DNA from: Octopus vulgaris
Taxonomy: Eukaryota
Direction of reading: 5' to 3'
NCBI GenBank assembly: GCA_951406725.2
Contig: OX597816.1
Coordinates: forward strand, 84,258,001-84,322,000
DNA: 64,000 nt
A program made the translations under genes and the position numbers. Shown here one piece after another: positions 1 to 13,324 of this stretch. The notes below the pieces were generated by a model. That model searched no databases. It saw only the letters and a program-made list of their open reading frames with translations, and was not told where the DNA came from. Numbering within the stretch: the first letter of the stretch is position 1; each line of letters starts with the position of its first letter.

Positions 1-48
1 GTTATACAAAATTGCGACCTTCAACTTCTAACACACACATACACGCAT

Positions 49-94
<46 letters not shown>

Positions 95-670
95 TTATAT
101 ACACACGCAAAAATATGTACATACTTACACACACACACACACACACATTCAATACAAGCAGATAAATAGTTACTCACGGGTTATATTAACAGGCATAGAT
201 CAACAGAACATCCGTAGAGTCAATCGACCCGTTTTCTTTATTAGTTTTGTCTAGAGAGGAATGAATATGCCCGTGATGGGAGAGACTGATACTGACGTTG
301 GACTTGAAATGTTTCAAGTCGATAACTGCAGGAACGATATTCGTATAGAGGACATTCTAGACGGCCCACAGTTTGGTAAGATGGTAGGAGCATAAAAATT
401 GATGCAGAGGCCTAGTAATCGTTGGACACAATATGAATAATGAAGAAGAATCGTGTGAGTTCAGAGCGCTTGAGTGGACCAGAGGAACTCACTCCAAGGA
501 ACAGTGATCGTTACAGAAATAGAACAGAGGAAAGAGACAGCATGTTGGTTTACATAGGTTTTTGAGAGGGTCTTATTACCCAAAGATAGAGCCATATAAC
601 CCTCAAATCATATACTAGCATCTTAAGGAAAAAGAGAAAGGATCTTCTGGATAATATATTCACAGATGTA

Positions 671-1026
671 AGGCGGTGAGCTGGCAGAAACGTTAGCACG
701 CCGGGCGAAATGCTTAGTGGTATTTCGTCTGCCGTTACGTTCTGAGTTCAAATTCCGCCGGGGTCGATTAAATAAGCACCAGTTACGCACTGGGGTTGAT
801 ATAATCGACTTAATCCGTTTATCTGTCCTTGTTTGTCCCCTCTGTGTGTAGTCCCTTGTGGGTAGTAAAGAAATAGGTATTTCGTCTGTCTCCACGTTCG
901 ACTGTGCCTTTCATACTTTCGGGGTCGATAAATTAAGTACCAGTTGTGTACTGGGGTTGATCCAATCGACTGGTCCTACCCTCCACAAAAATTGTGGGCC
1001 TTGTGCCTAGAGCAGAAAAGAATATA
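671..1026 (+). mobile_element. tRNA-related SINE, family A (internally duplicated body)
   Basis: Head GGCGGTGAGCTGGCAGAAACGTTAGC with B-box-like GAGTTCAAATTCC; near-identical copies at 17746 (+) and 48127 (-), partial copies at 56938 and 63230. Confidence 0.85.
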
Positions 1027-1354
1027 TTCACAGATGTATGAAAAAGATATTTTTTACGGTTGGGACACATATAATAATAGCTCTGCACAATCAGAGCTGA
1101 CCTGAGGTTCAACACAACAATAGTAACAACAACAACAACAACAACTACACTAGCAACAACAATAGTTATATGTATTTGTACAAATACACATTCATTAAGA
1201 GTTGATACGATGCTGCTAGATATGAATATACGATCTCCCCCATGAAAAAAAAAATTGGCCTCAGGCCGAATCAAAATATATGATTTGGCAGAAACATTCA
1301 ACTGGCGAACTAAATACTTAGCAATATTTATTCATACCATCGTACAGTTTTATA

Positions 1355-1394
<40 letters not shown>

Positions 1395-2243
1395 TGCATG
1401 GATACGCACACGAACATACACACATGCACACACACACACACGCACACACACGCATTCACACGCGCGTGCTTACACACACTCTTACTCACATACACTTTAC
1501 ACTATTGCCACTGCCAGGAAACTTCCACAATACAAGTACCACCACCAGCAGTAACAACACCAGACACTGCTTACCATTATCAAGCTCAGATCCAACGGTA
1601 GACGTTCCCTGGAAATAGGGACCAAATCTCCCTCTATTTTCTATACTGCGGTGGTTCTGTCCTGTTCACTACAAAGTAACCCTTTTATGTAAATTAATTT
1701 CCCCGACAAAATCCATTCTTTTGAAAGACCTGTCTAGTTAGTAAGTATTGAATAAAGCTTACGGAGTCCAGACATTTTGTGTATCACCAGGGGTCACGAA
1801 ACCTAGGTGAATATCCACAACCCTATCGGCTAAAAACACGGAAGAGCACCGACTGGAAAATATTGTCATGGGCATATAAAATGAAGGGGCGGTTATGGAT
1901 ATACTGTTTAGATCATAGATCTTCGCTAGCCTCACAGACCTAGGGTAAAAGAACGACGTGGACACCACTGCAAACTGTAATATCAAACACACACACACAT
2001 GCACACACGCATACACATACACACACATACACGCACTCAACGGAATACATACGGCATCATTAACTTAAGGCACAAACTGCACACCACAAACACGCTCACG
2101 TAGTAATACTGGGCGAGCTAGCATCGGAGCGTCTAAAAAGGCGTTTGGCCTACTGCTGGCAACAATCAAATTTCCCTAAAAATTTCACCTTGCATACTTG
2201 GAAAGAATACTTGTGATAGTGTAGTCTCAGGTTCCATGCGCAT

Positions 2244-2396
2244 AAGTTAAGTTAAGTTAATTTTTGGTTCAAAAAGCAAAAAGCAAGACCCTGTAGGGAT
2301 ACATGGAGTTATGTACAGGGAGGGTGTTCATGCAAAGAGTTCAGGCCATTTCTGGTCAGAGAGACTTTGAACCGAGCAGTCGTCGGCATCTTCGCT
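2244..2396 (-). mobile_element. Probable LINE 3' end fragment with (TAACT)n tail
   Basis: (TAAGT)3 run abutting a more GC-rich unique block, as expected of a non-LTR retroelement tail on the minus strand; no ORF support. Confidence 0.35.
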
Positions 2397-3319
2397 ATAA
2401 GAAAAAGATGAGATGGTTACAGGTGGAATAATCTTTGTTGAAAGGTTGGATCGATGAAGGTTGATCTGGATGAGACGATCGCAACATCAACCAGCATTAT
2501 TGTTAGCATGTAAAAGTAACCATGGTAATGACTCTGTTTGAAGCCATATCTTGGGGTGGTGGTGTTTAATTTTGAAGAACACAAGTGAGACAGTTAAAAA
2601 ATCTGCTCTATGGGGTTGCACGACCTGCAAGAAATAGCAACCAAATTTCCTTGAGAATCCACAGTATTCTACATAGTCTTTACTCCTACTTACATTTATC
2701 ATAACTATTACCAGCAAACTCTCACTCTCTCACTACCTCTGTTGTCATCGCCCATAACTATTAGCATCGTCCTTCTCATTATCATAAACTCCTTCCTCAT
2801 TGTAATCCACTCCCTTTAATGGTCCTCCTCCAACTCTTTTTCATCCATGTCCTGATTCTTCTCGCATCCATCTTCTTGCTCTGCGTCTACCTTCACCTTA
2901 TCTTCATTCTAGTTGTATCACCGTTGCACTGATGTTATCCTTAATGACGTTGCAAAATTTAATTTATCACAATCACTTCCAACAAAGTAATATCTCACAT
3001 TTCTATTTAATCTCACCTTAATATCGTTGAAAAGCGCCCGAACACTACATTTTTATTGTTCCATTAATTTGTAGATATTCTCAATTTATTTTCGGATGTA
3101 AACAACATTCGCTATGTAACGTGTAAACGGTGTAACGTAAAGTGCAATTAATAGTCACTTGCGAGCGAGTATATCTTCGCTGATTATTTTAGATATCGTC
3201 ACGAGCGCACATAAAAAAGAGTTGGTCTCTCGCTCTTAATTCAGCAAGACATCTAGGTTGTGACGAATGAATGGAGATAAATGCGCCAGTACTCATAATA
3301 CCTGAGTAGATTAGAACAA

Positions 3320-3416
3320 TATGAAATTAAATAGCTTGCTCAAAGAAACTACCAGTCCAGGAATTGAAACCAAGACCTTCTGATAATAAGCCGAACACCA
3401 TAATCATTAGCGCCGC
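3320..3416 (-). mobile_element. Decayed tRNA-headed SINE fragment
   Basis: Minus strand has B-box-like GGTTTCAATTCC followed by TTGAGCAAG; similar fragment at 14863-14935 (+). Confidence 0.5.
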
Positions 3417-5548
3417 TTTCACATTGTAGAATACTTACGAGAACCTCAGCAATAATAGCTATTTTGGTATAACCCGTCAGTTTGTTCATCACAATCTGGT
3501 CCTTACATGATCTCAGCACAGTTCACTCTGTTGCAAACATTCGGAACAAGTTTGCAGTCTGAAAATAACTTTCTTTTATCAATCACGGAAGTTCTGTAAA
3601 AGTTCATGTACCATTCCTTATCTTAAAGCATTTGGAGAGAAAAATAAAATTCATGACTGACTTCAGATATAAAAATTAAAGAATAATTGCTAGAGTAACA
3701 AATAATGAATTAAAACTAGAATCTACCTTCATTATTTTCAAAAAGCATTCGAACCCACGCGACGCTACCATGGCTGACAGGCGTTCGTTCTTAGGTCTGC
3801 TGAATAAGCGCTGAGTTGGGGGGGGGGCGCTATTGAACAACAATGACAACAACGGCGACGACGAAAACAACAGCATCAGAATCAACGGCTCTGATTAGAG
3901 ACCTGTTCAATTCCGAAAGACCTGGCGTTGAAATAAGAAACAACAACTACAACATAAGGAGTTTTGTCATGGTTGAAACATTTATCTTAGATATGATATG
4001 TTATAAGACAGCGACTATAACGGTGAAGTCTACTTTGATGTACTCCACTACGTTTTTGCTGCACAAGATATATCTAGAGCATTATCCATACCCACAATTA
4101 ACCCACATTCATGAACTTTCATAATTACATGGTACATATCAGTGACATCAATGTCTCTAACCTGAGGAAGCCTGCAGAGAATATACGCCTTTCCTTTTTT
4201 TTCCTGGATAATAAATAAAAAAGAACATCAAAAGAAACTGTGAAAGCAATAACAAAAATGATGCAAGCCAGAATATCTTCTCCGTTCCGTTGGTGGATAA
4301 AATTACTAAATATTTAGGTAAGCGAAAATAGTTATGTTTCTATCATTTTGTGAAAAGAGAAAAATTATGAGCAAACTTACCTATACTTGCCACCTAAAGT
4401 TAATTCCCAATATATTTCCAAAGAGGTCAAAAATACTCCTGCATTATAAAACAATTGAGATATCCTTCTTACGGATCATATGTATGTTCGCACACGAATG
4501 ACCTTCGGGCTCTTTTGTCCAACAAATCTTTCTGTTATTTTACTCACACCTCGAGTAACACTTTTCTTTCGGATTAATAATTATCGACCATTAAGAAAGT
4601 TGAGTTGGCAAAACACTGAATAAACGTATACTGTATGTTAGTTTTACTCTTCCGTTTATGATACTTTTCGATTCAGCACTCATTATCTTACCTGGATATT
4701 TTTAAAATTAAGTAACAGTTATAATTAAAGCGATTCAAACAACTATAACTTTCTTCTAATCTAGATATATATAATAATCCCCTCTTCAAAAATTGGACCA
4801 AGAAAAAACTCTGCAGGAACACAAATAAGTGAGATACACAGGAAATGCCTTTCTAAAATGGGTCTCTTGTCAGGAGAGTCAATACCTTGTTTTACAATGT
4901 TTAGCTCTACTTCAGTTAAAATTGAGAATCAGCATCGTGTGAATGAATGAGTGAGCGAGTGAACATTAGTCTGACAGCAGGCAATGTTTGCATTTTCTGC
5001 ACATTTACTGTACAGTAGACCTACATGCATGACTTATACTGATATTCTAAGTGTTTCGTTTCAGAAGGGTGGCGGTCGATGAAAAGAGGAAAAAAAAAAA
5101 AAAAAGGAATCTCGGTTAAAGAGATGACTGTAACAGTAAGAAGCACATCCGGGGTGGCAGGCAAACTTCATGTAGGTAGTTAAGGCGGGAGGTAGGTGCA
5201 GCCTCATCTATGCGTTCATTATAACATTGGCAGAACTAATGATTGATAATATGATGTCTATATTTTAAAACAATACCGCTGATTATTTGACTTCATGCAT
5301 GTCTACAGAGCTGTTGCACTGCATGCTTCTTTGTAGGTTTTAATAGCTACATGTCTGTCTGCCTCTGCCCTTCCTTGCTGTTTATTTCTCTCGCTTTGTG
5401 TACATACAAATATGTATATATATATATATGTATGTATGCATATATAAACATGGTGGGGGCGCCAGAAAGATTGTATATTTATGAATTTATATGGATGTCA
5501 TGTGTTTGAATATATTTGGTGATCGAAATGAATTTGTTTCTTCATTTT

Positions 5549-5597
<49 letters not shown>

Positions 5598-6074
5598 ATA
5601 TATATTTGTATGTATGTATGTATGTATGTTAAGTTTACAGGCGATTCACTAGTCTTGCTGCTATTTATGAGATCGATTCCGGAATTATTAAGAGTTAAAG
5701 TTCAAACGGGCGGCATTTGAAATTTGAACATAACCGGAAGCAATTAAATAACAATTAAATATCTGTATTCCACAACTTGAAGATTTTTCCCACACGCAAG
5801 CACGCATATTCATATACATATACATGGGGCACATGAACAATGTACATTGCACATATGTATAGTGAGAGGAGAAAGAGATACAATACACATGTATGTGTAT
5901 ATATACACACACATATATACGTATCTACTCATATATACACACACACATATATGTATATATTTACATTTCGATGCGAATGACTTTGTTATACGGCACCGGG
6001 TTTTACAATCCTGTAAATAATAATAATAAAGGTATTTATATAAACCTAAAGCTTATAGCGATCACATATATATA

Positions 6075-6144
<70 letters not shown>

Positions 6145-6185
6145 AATAAATGGAGTTGAACGAAGATGTTATTAAAATTCTTTTA

Positions 6186-6268
6186 CTTTCGACATATGTT
6201 TCGAAGACAACATTGGTTTTATTCCAAAGGAATGAACGGTGTAAAATGCAATCTTCTCATCAGGAAAG
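6186..6268 (-). ncRNA. Hammerhead ribozyme, type I minimal (PLE-type), canonical core
   Basis: Minus strand: CTTTC-CTGATGA-GAAGA-(long loop)-TCTTC-GAAAC-ATAT-GTC-GAAAG. Stem I CTTTC/GAAAG, stem II GAAGA/TCTTC, palindromic stem III loop, GUC cleavage triplet. Confidence 0.85.
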
Positions 6269-7491
6269 AAAGAGAGCCTATGTCAACAACAAGACATAAC
6301 AATTACGATGACTGCCTAAATGATAAACAGAACGTTATTAAGTATTAAAAAAACCCGTACACACATACACACACGCGCGCTCGTGCACTCATTCCTGATT
6401 GCACAATCCGATGTAGTTAGGATTCAACGTCATTAGTGGGTATATGTCTTATATTGCCAACTAATAAGCGACTGAATATATAATTCGTTAAATTACTTGC
6501 ACTATTATTTATATTTAAATGACATGTGACATTCCTTCTTGAAACTTTATTTCGTTAGCCTTGCTTACTTAGGTATATATCTACATATATATGTGTGTGA
6601 ATGTGTGTGTCTCTATGTATGTAACTATGTGTTTATATATATATATATATATATACATACACACAGACAAACACAAACACATATATACGTATGTGTCTAT
6701 TGATATTTATATAGATAAACTAATACAAATGATGTTTATATACATTCCATAATTCAGTCTTTGAAATAACGTATATTATATATTGATTATACTCTTGTGT
6801 TTTTAATAATCATGCAATTTAGAATTTCTTTGTATGCTTAATATATGTGCAATGTTGTTTTGGTCCTTTTAGTGTCTTGTATCTGTTACCTATATTTCAA
6901 TTTGGTATTGTGTAGACAATTTACAACACACGCATACATACGCACACATACACACATACATACACACACATGCACATACATTAGCAGCGCTGAAACTAGG
7001 CACATTGAGGAACTGCGTGACATCGTGGCAAACACATTTGCGCCCACGCAAAAGCAAGAGAAACACGCGCGCATCTATGCACTCACGCGCATTTATACAT
7101 TTTCAATTCCTGGCATACATGAAAGAGCTTTTGCGCACATATATTTATACACTGCTGAAACAAACATATGTGCATTGAAACACACACGAATACACAAGCA
7201 TGGAGACAAACGAACGCAAATAGAGAGGAACATGGACTCTAGCAAACATTGATGTACTATGCTCACGTTTCATAGGAACCAACTGGATGATCTTCGTTTG
7301 GTCAGCTTATTAAAAATATCATTTACAATAAATTGAGCCTTATTGGAAAGGAGAGAAAACAGTCGAGATATTCGCTGCAGATATGCTTTTAAGGAAAATT
7401 CTGCTCCGTTTAAGTCTTAACAGGAGCTAAACAACAGTGTTGGGACACAATGACAAACAAAATGTACACACAAGCATACACACACACACAC

Positions 7492-7551
<60 letters not shown>

Positions 7552-7789
7552 ACCTATATGTACAGTAATCTCAACCAAACCTGTCCTACGGACGGGAACG
7601 CGTAGCCCTGGGTATCAGTATTTGTGATGTCTTTTCAGCTTTATTAATGAAGCATATTACTCTACCTCCTGTATTCGACTATCACTTTTTTCCATACAGC
7701 GTATGTATATATATATATATATATATCTATATATATATGTGTGGGTGTGTGTGTTTATGTATGCATATATATGTAGGTATACATATATG

Positions 7790-7828
<39 letters not shown>

Positions 7829-8021
7829 TTAATGTAGGCAGCACTAAGCAATGTGTACCAAAAGGGAAGGCTATAATCGCCATTAAATATGACTAAGAGT
7901 GCTAGAAACACCTACATAGCCTGAAGTGCTAGATGCTCTAATTCTGCATTCAAAGTACACGCTTGTCTACATGCATGATGATAGGGACCATAATCAGTCG
8001 AAAGGTAGCACTCGAGATACC

Positions 8022-8068
8022 CCCAGACTGACCAGTTTCGGGTTTTTCACGGTAACCTCTTCAGTGGT
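8022..8068 (-). ncRNA. Hammerhead ribozyme motif, type I
   Basis: Minus strand: ACCA-CTGAAGA-GGTTaccgtgaaaAACC-C-GAAAC-TGGTCA-GTC-TGGG. Confidence 0.75.
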
Positions 8069-8305
8069 GTCGGTCCGATTCAGTTGTTCTGGGACGATGA
8101 TCACTGACAGCATATATGCCTACAGCATAAAAATCTATGGATGATCTAGTGAATCACTAATTTGTACGGAAATAATTAATGGAGCCAGCGGTAAGCAATG
8201 TGCTTACATATATATTAGCTATTCTCTAAATCACCAATAGATTTCTACGTTGGTACTTATATGATATCACTGATCTTCGTCCGAGAACAGCGGCGTTGAG
8301 CTCGA

Positions 8306-8356
8306 TCCCACTGAAGAGGCTGACGAAAAAGTCGAAACTAACCAATCAATCTGGGG
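8306..8356 (+). ncRNA. Degenerate hammerhead ribozyme motif, type I
   Basis: TCCCA-CTGAAGA-GGCTgacgaaaaAGTC-GAAAC-taaccaatca-ATC-TGGGG; stem III eroded. Confidence 0.55.
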
Positions 8357-8524
8357 ATATCTCGACCGCTGCTTTTCAGACCATTACGGTTCATGTCAGC
8401 ATGTATGTAGACAGTTACGTGCTTTGACTGCAAAATTAGAACTTTTAGCTCTTAATTCTAGCAATGTAGGATTTTCTAACACCTTCCGTCATATTTAATT
8501 ATATAAATATATATTAATAATATC

Positions 8525-8745
8525 AAAGGGTAATCAGAAATATTAGAAATTTCTATTACCAGTGGTCTAGCGTGTAAAGATTTAGTCAATAGACTATATA
8601 TTATTTATATAAATACAGTGTACATTTAAACACATAAGAGGCATCCATTAGAGGACTACTGGCACGCTAGACAGAACAGTTAAATTCCAAATCACTATTA
8701 GGGATAAAATTTCGAAGGGAATGAAACATAAAACCATTTACCATC
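8525..8745. repeat. Dispersed AT-rich repeat (second copy about 10950-11180), abutting (TA)n
   Basis: Shared blocks ACCAGTGGTCTAGCG, CAATAGACTATATATTATT, TACATTTAAACACAT, CACTATTAGGG, TTTCGAA.GGGAATGAAA; weaker relative at 44345-44510. Confidence 0.7.
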
Positions 8746-8950
8746 TAAATCCTGGTCCAATGGGTTCAGACATTTTTTTTAGCCAATAAAATAAATTGCC
8801 AGGCGAAGTCTTCTTCAGCAGATACACCTTAGGTTAAATATATATACACGAGGCAATCCAGTATATGCCTCGTGTTTATAAATTCTAATTTTTCAAATCT
8901 ACCGCGCAAGCGCAGCTTCTTATCGGCAGTAAATAAAAATGCCGGCTTTT

Positions 8951-9047
8951 CAATTCACGTTGATCGTCCGACAACCGAAGTTAAGCAACGTCGAGCCTAG
9001 TTATTACTTAGATGGATGACCGCTTAGGAAACCTAGGTGCTGTATGC
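8951..9047 (+). pseudogene. 5S rRNA pseudogene or 5S-derived fragment
   Basis: TCGTCCGACAACCGAAGTTAAGCAACGTCGAGCCTAGTTATTACTTAGATGGATGACCGCTTAGGAAACCTAGGTGCTGTA matches the 3' two-thirds of metazoan 5S rRNA (box A, IE, box C); 5' part deleted or diverged. Confidence 0.85.
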
Positions 9048-9060
9048 GTCACGCATTTAT

Positions 9061-9192
9061 AGGCGCAAGAGTGGCTGTGTTGTAAGTAGCTTGCTTACCA
9101 ACCACATGGTTCCGGGTTCAGTCCCACGGCATCTTGGGCAAGCGTCTTCTACGATAGCCTCGGGCCGACCAAAGCCTTATGAGTGGATTTGG
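9061..9192 (+). mobile_element. SINE family B, 3'-truncated
   Basis: Head AGGCGCAAGAGTGGCTGTGTTGTAAG...GGTTCAGTCCC and CORE-like CTTGGGCAAG; breaks off at the Tc1/mariner fragment. Confidence 0.85.
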
Positions 9193-9857
9193 AAGATCAA
9201 AAAGCTAACAAGAAAATAACAGATGGTTATATGCAGAGCCTTCTGAACTTCCAAGTGTTATGCATACACACTTTCCTGCAACTGTTAAGGTTTTATGGGT
9301 TGTAAGCGATGAAAGACATGTGATACCTCCTTACTTCTTTCCACACGACATTAGAGTTAACTCTGCAGCCTACATTGAGGTCCTGGAAATAATTGGCAAG
9401 CCATGGATAGACAGTGTATGCAATGGAAGGTCATATGTGTTTTTTTCAGTAAGACTCTGTACTACCACCCATGGCTCTCGTAACACAGGAGTGGTTGGCT
9501 GAAAATTTTCATGATCACATAACTCCTAACATTTGGCCTCCTAATTCCTCTTTTGTCAATACATTGGACTATATACGTGTGGAGCGTTGTTGAGAGAGAG
9601 GACAATGATTCTTTGAAAGCTGTCATAGTCAGAGTAATGAACGAGGACCATTTGATTCAAGCAAGTAGATGATTTAGATTACATGTAGAAGGAGTCGTTG
9701 AAGCTGAAGGTGGTTTTATTGAATAACATTATAGAAAAGAAAGGTTATTTTTATCCTCTTAGCATTTTTTTGATAAATAAATTTGTCTGTTATTACAATT
9801 CTGTTTTTACTTTTTTTTGTAAACCTAAATCTGTCCTCAAATATCTTACGCACTGTG
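9193..9857 (+). mobile_element. Tc1/mariner (maT/DD37D-like) transposon 3' half, pseudogenised
   Basis: ORF 9260-9502 MHTHFPATVKVLWVVSDERHVIPPYFF...KPWIDSVCNGRSYVF; downstream frames give WLAENFHDHITPNIWPPNS and EAEGGFIE*; ends ...CGCACTGTG followed by TA. Confidence 0.8.
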
Positions 9858-9877
9858 TATGTATATACATATATATC

Positions 9878-9929
<52 letters not shown>

Positions 9930-9935
9930 CATATA

Positions 9936-9968
<33 letters not shown>

Positions 9969-10600
9969 TAAAGGTAGATAAATAGATACATGCATACATA
10001 CATACAAATAAATACACATATATATAAATATTTATGTGTATATATATATATGCATATATATATGTATGTATAGTCATACACAGACATACACAAACACGCC
10101 TCACACGCGCATGAACACACATGTATGTGCATGGGTGTGAGTGTGCGTGTGTCTGTGTGTGTGTTCGTGTGTATGTATGTATGTACGTAAAATGGCTGGA
10201 AAACAATGTAGGTAAAAATGTTATATTATTTCCAAATACTATTATTTTATTTGGCATGTTAGCAAAATACGATACTTTTTCAAACTTAGCAACATCAATT
10301 AGAACAAAAAACACAAAGTAATACACTACATCCCAAAATAAAATTACTAATATACTGGGCAATTATATATGTGCATAAATAAGTATTTTTCATCAACATA
10401 CTTTCAGCCTTGCTGTCTAAATAACCTCTCTGGTTGAAATATGGCACACAATTAACAGGACTTTCACTAATAACAGTTTCACAACATGACTTAAAGTTTT
10501 TTGGGCGCGTAGGAGACCTTTATTTCATCAGATACTAGAAGCAGAAAGGGTTTTGGGTGTGCATGCGATGTGTGTGTGTATGTATGAATATGTATGTATA

Positions 10601-10672
<72 letters not shown>

Positions 10673-10675
10673 ACC

Positions 10676-10875
10676 TCGTGTGTACCGTTGGCGATTTTTT
10701 CCCTCTGTCTTCCCTTCTCGGGATCTTTCCTTCTCCTATGTTTCCGACGAAGAGCTCCGCTCGAAACGTTAAACCCTCCTTCTTCCCTTCTTTCCTGAGC
10801 GTCCAATAATACTTTATTTGTTCCACGTCCTTGCGTTGTTCTGTTTTTTGTTTTTTTGTGTTTTCTTGTTTGGAT

Positions 10876-10880
<5 letters not shown>
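10676..10880 (+). mobile_element. Short PLE-tail-like cassette with minimal HHR (10740-10774), between microsatellites
   Basis: GTTT-CCGACGA-AGAGCtccGCTC-GAAAC-GTT-AAAC; near-identical copy in reverse orientation at 13712-13912. Confidence 0.75.
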
Positions 10881-10934
<54 letters not shown>

Positions 10935-11254
10935 GTAATTATTAATAAATTTCAGGGCACCAATAGAAATTAAGAAAATTTCTTTGCTACCAGTGGTCTA
11001 GCGAGAAGAAAAAAACTTGTCAATAGACTATATATTATTCATATAAAAATACATTGTACATTTAAACACATGAGATAGCCATAACAGGACATCAAACCCG
11101 CTAGAAGGAGTAGTTAAACTCAAAAACACTATTAGGGGTAATTTCGAAAGGGAATGAAAAATGAAAACATTTACCCTCTATTATACATATATGTATGTAC
11201 GTATGTATGCATGCATGTATGTATGTATATATATGCATTATATATTTTTCAAAT

Positions 11255-11530
11255 TTTGCTTGTTTCAGTCATTAGACTGTAGCCATGCTGGTACGCCACC
11301 TTGAAGAATTTTTAGTCAAATGAATCGACTGTGGTACTTATTGTCTCCTAAAGCCCTGGTACATATTCTACCGTTTGACATTGCCGAACCACTAAGTGAC
11401 GGGAACGTAAACATACCACAAAGAAACATGGCCGTAAATATACATTCATATACATTCAGCAGGCCTCTTACACTCTCCGTCTAGCAAATCCACTCATAAG
11501 GCTTTGGTTGGACCGGGGGTATGGAAGACA
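11255..11530 (-). mobile_element. SINE family B, diverged
   Basis: Reverse complement of GCATGGC...ATGACTGAAACAAG tail and of AAGCCTTATGAGTGGATTTGCTAGACGG. Confidence 0.7.
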
Positions 11531-11912
11531 CTACAGTTACCCAAGTTACAATGTCCGCCCCTCCAACACATCTCATGGTCTCTCACCTCCTCTCTGCCAT
11601 CCTCTGCTGGCAGGAGAATTTCATAAATTTCTGTAACACATAGATATACCCACACTCACACACACACATACATATGCATACGCACATATGTATGTAGCTA
11701 TATATATCTGCATTGTTAAAACGATTGCTTCACAATCACGTCAAGAATCCATGTTTGATTCTGCTGAGGGGCATTTTCAAAAACCAATTATCCACTCATA
11801 CATTGTACGTAAAATTGGATTGATAGAAGCCCTATTAGTTAGTTAGTTAGTCAATTAGTTAGTTAGTTAAATTGTATTTTGTAATGCAAAAGCCCAGCCT
11901 CGTTGCATATTG

Positions 11913-12009
<97 letters not shown>

Positions 12010-12309
12010 ACGCACGCACGTGCCGCACTAGTATCAAAGAGTGAGAATGAGTTCTCCACATCGTTTTGGTGACAAAATATGCTTTATATGAAGATTAACA
12101 AAGCTACGATTAGTTTCATGCCGAGGGAAGTTTTACTCGGAGATTACCAAGTCTGACACATGGGACATTGGTAGCCGTCTCCATCTTGGATGAGAATACA
12201 CAAAGATAGCATTATGTTAGGCTTGTTATTTGCTGAGAAGAAAGCTTCTCTCGGAATGAAACCAATAGGAGCCCTCTTAAACCTCAAATAGTATATGTAT
12301 GTATGTATG

Positions 12310-12340
<31 letters not shown>

Positions 12341-12486
12341 GTATGTATATATATGTGTGTGTGTGTGTTAGCGTGCATGTGTGCGTATTTAAATTTGCAC
12401 ACACATGTGTGTGGTGTGTGTGTAAGTCGCATAAACACAGCGACGCACACACGCAAGCGCGTATATATATGCATACATATATATAC

Positions 12487-12519
<33 letters not shown>

Positions 12520-12771
12520 CATACATACATATATATATATAGATAAGAAAGTTTGTTTGGTAAAGCACGTGGGTGAATATATAAGAAAATAGTAAAGTGT
12601 GAAAAAACGACAGAAGGCTTAAATGTTAAAAAATATATATATTTGTGTCAAAATGTCTGGAGAATATTGGAAAATTTTATTTTTTTTTTTTTTTTCCTTT
12701 CCTTAAAATGACATAATTAACTTAGATTGGTTTCGGCCATTATCGGCCCAGGCACCACCTGGAAAAGTCTT

Positions 12772-13170
12772 TTAGTTAATTATTTCGGGACACCATGGAC
12801 CACTCAAGCAGAGAGTTGTTGATGGTTGAGACGTAGGTGGTTTATCCGGTATTTCCTGGAGGAATTTATCCAGGTACCGTTTGAAAGTTGTGGTGTCTTT
12901 TTTTACTTTAATTTCTTTTGGGATAACATTGAAAAGTGTAGGAACATTTTCAGTGAAGAATTTCTGTCGCAATTTTCTGATGTGATGTGATCTCGATCTT
13001 TGTAGCGGACGCATTGCACTGAGGCCTAGACTTGGGTCAATTGTAAACATAATGTCAATATCATTTCGATAATATTGGTAGAATATTTTCCACATTGTGC
13101 AAATAGTGTATCGCAGAGAATAGATCTTCAGCTGTTTAAGTCGAGCCCAATATTCAAGTCCCATCATGCC
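12772..13170 (-). mobile_element. LINE (CR1/L2/Jockey group) ORF2 C-terminal fragment
   Basis: ORF 12772-13167: LEYWARLKQLKIYSL...WKI...LFNVIPKEIK...FKRYLDKFLQEIPDKP, typical of the post-RT end of this group. Confidence 0.7.
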
Positions 13171-13234
13171 ATTTATTATTATATTTTTTGTCTGATTGAT
13201 CTTTGTGGCGCATTGATCTTTGTGGCTTTAATAT

Positions 13235-13321
<87 letters not shown>

Positions 13322-13324
13322 CAT

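Larger units (their letters stand above)
7895..8487. repeat. Diverged inverted repeat (about 7895-8075 / 8300-8487) with an HHR in each arm
   Basis: GTCTACATGCAT...CTCGAGATACCCCCAGA matches the reverse complement of TCTGGGGATATCTCGA...ATGTATGTAGAC; similarity extends to CTAGAAACACCTACATAGC / GCAATGTAGGATTTTCTAAC. Confidence 0.75.

Noticed and set aside
1790-1812. GAAAC-CTAG-GT, resembling an HHR stem III half
   Set aside because: No upstream CUGANGA core or stem I; the triplet would be GUG.
3770-3814. 14-aa sORF MADRRSFLGLLNKR with ACCATGG context
   Set aside because: Too short and unsupported; expected by chance.
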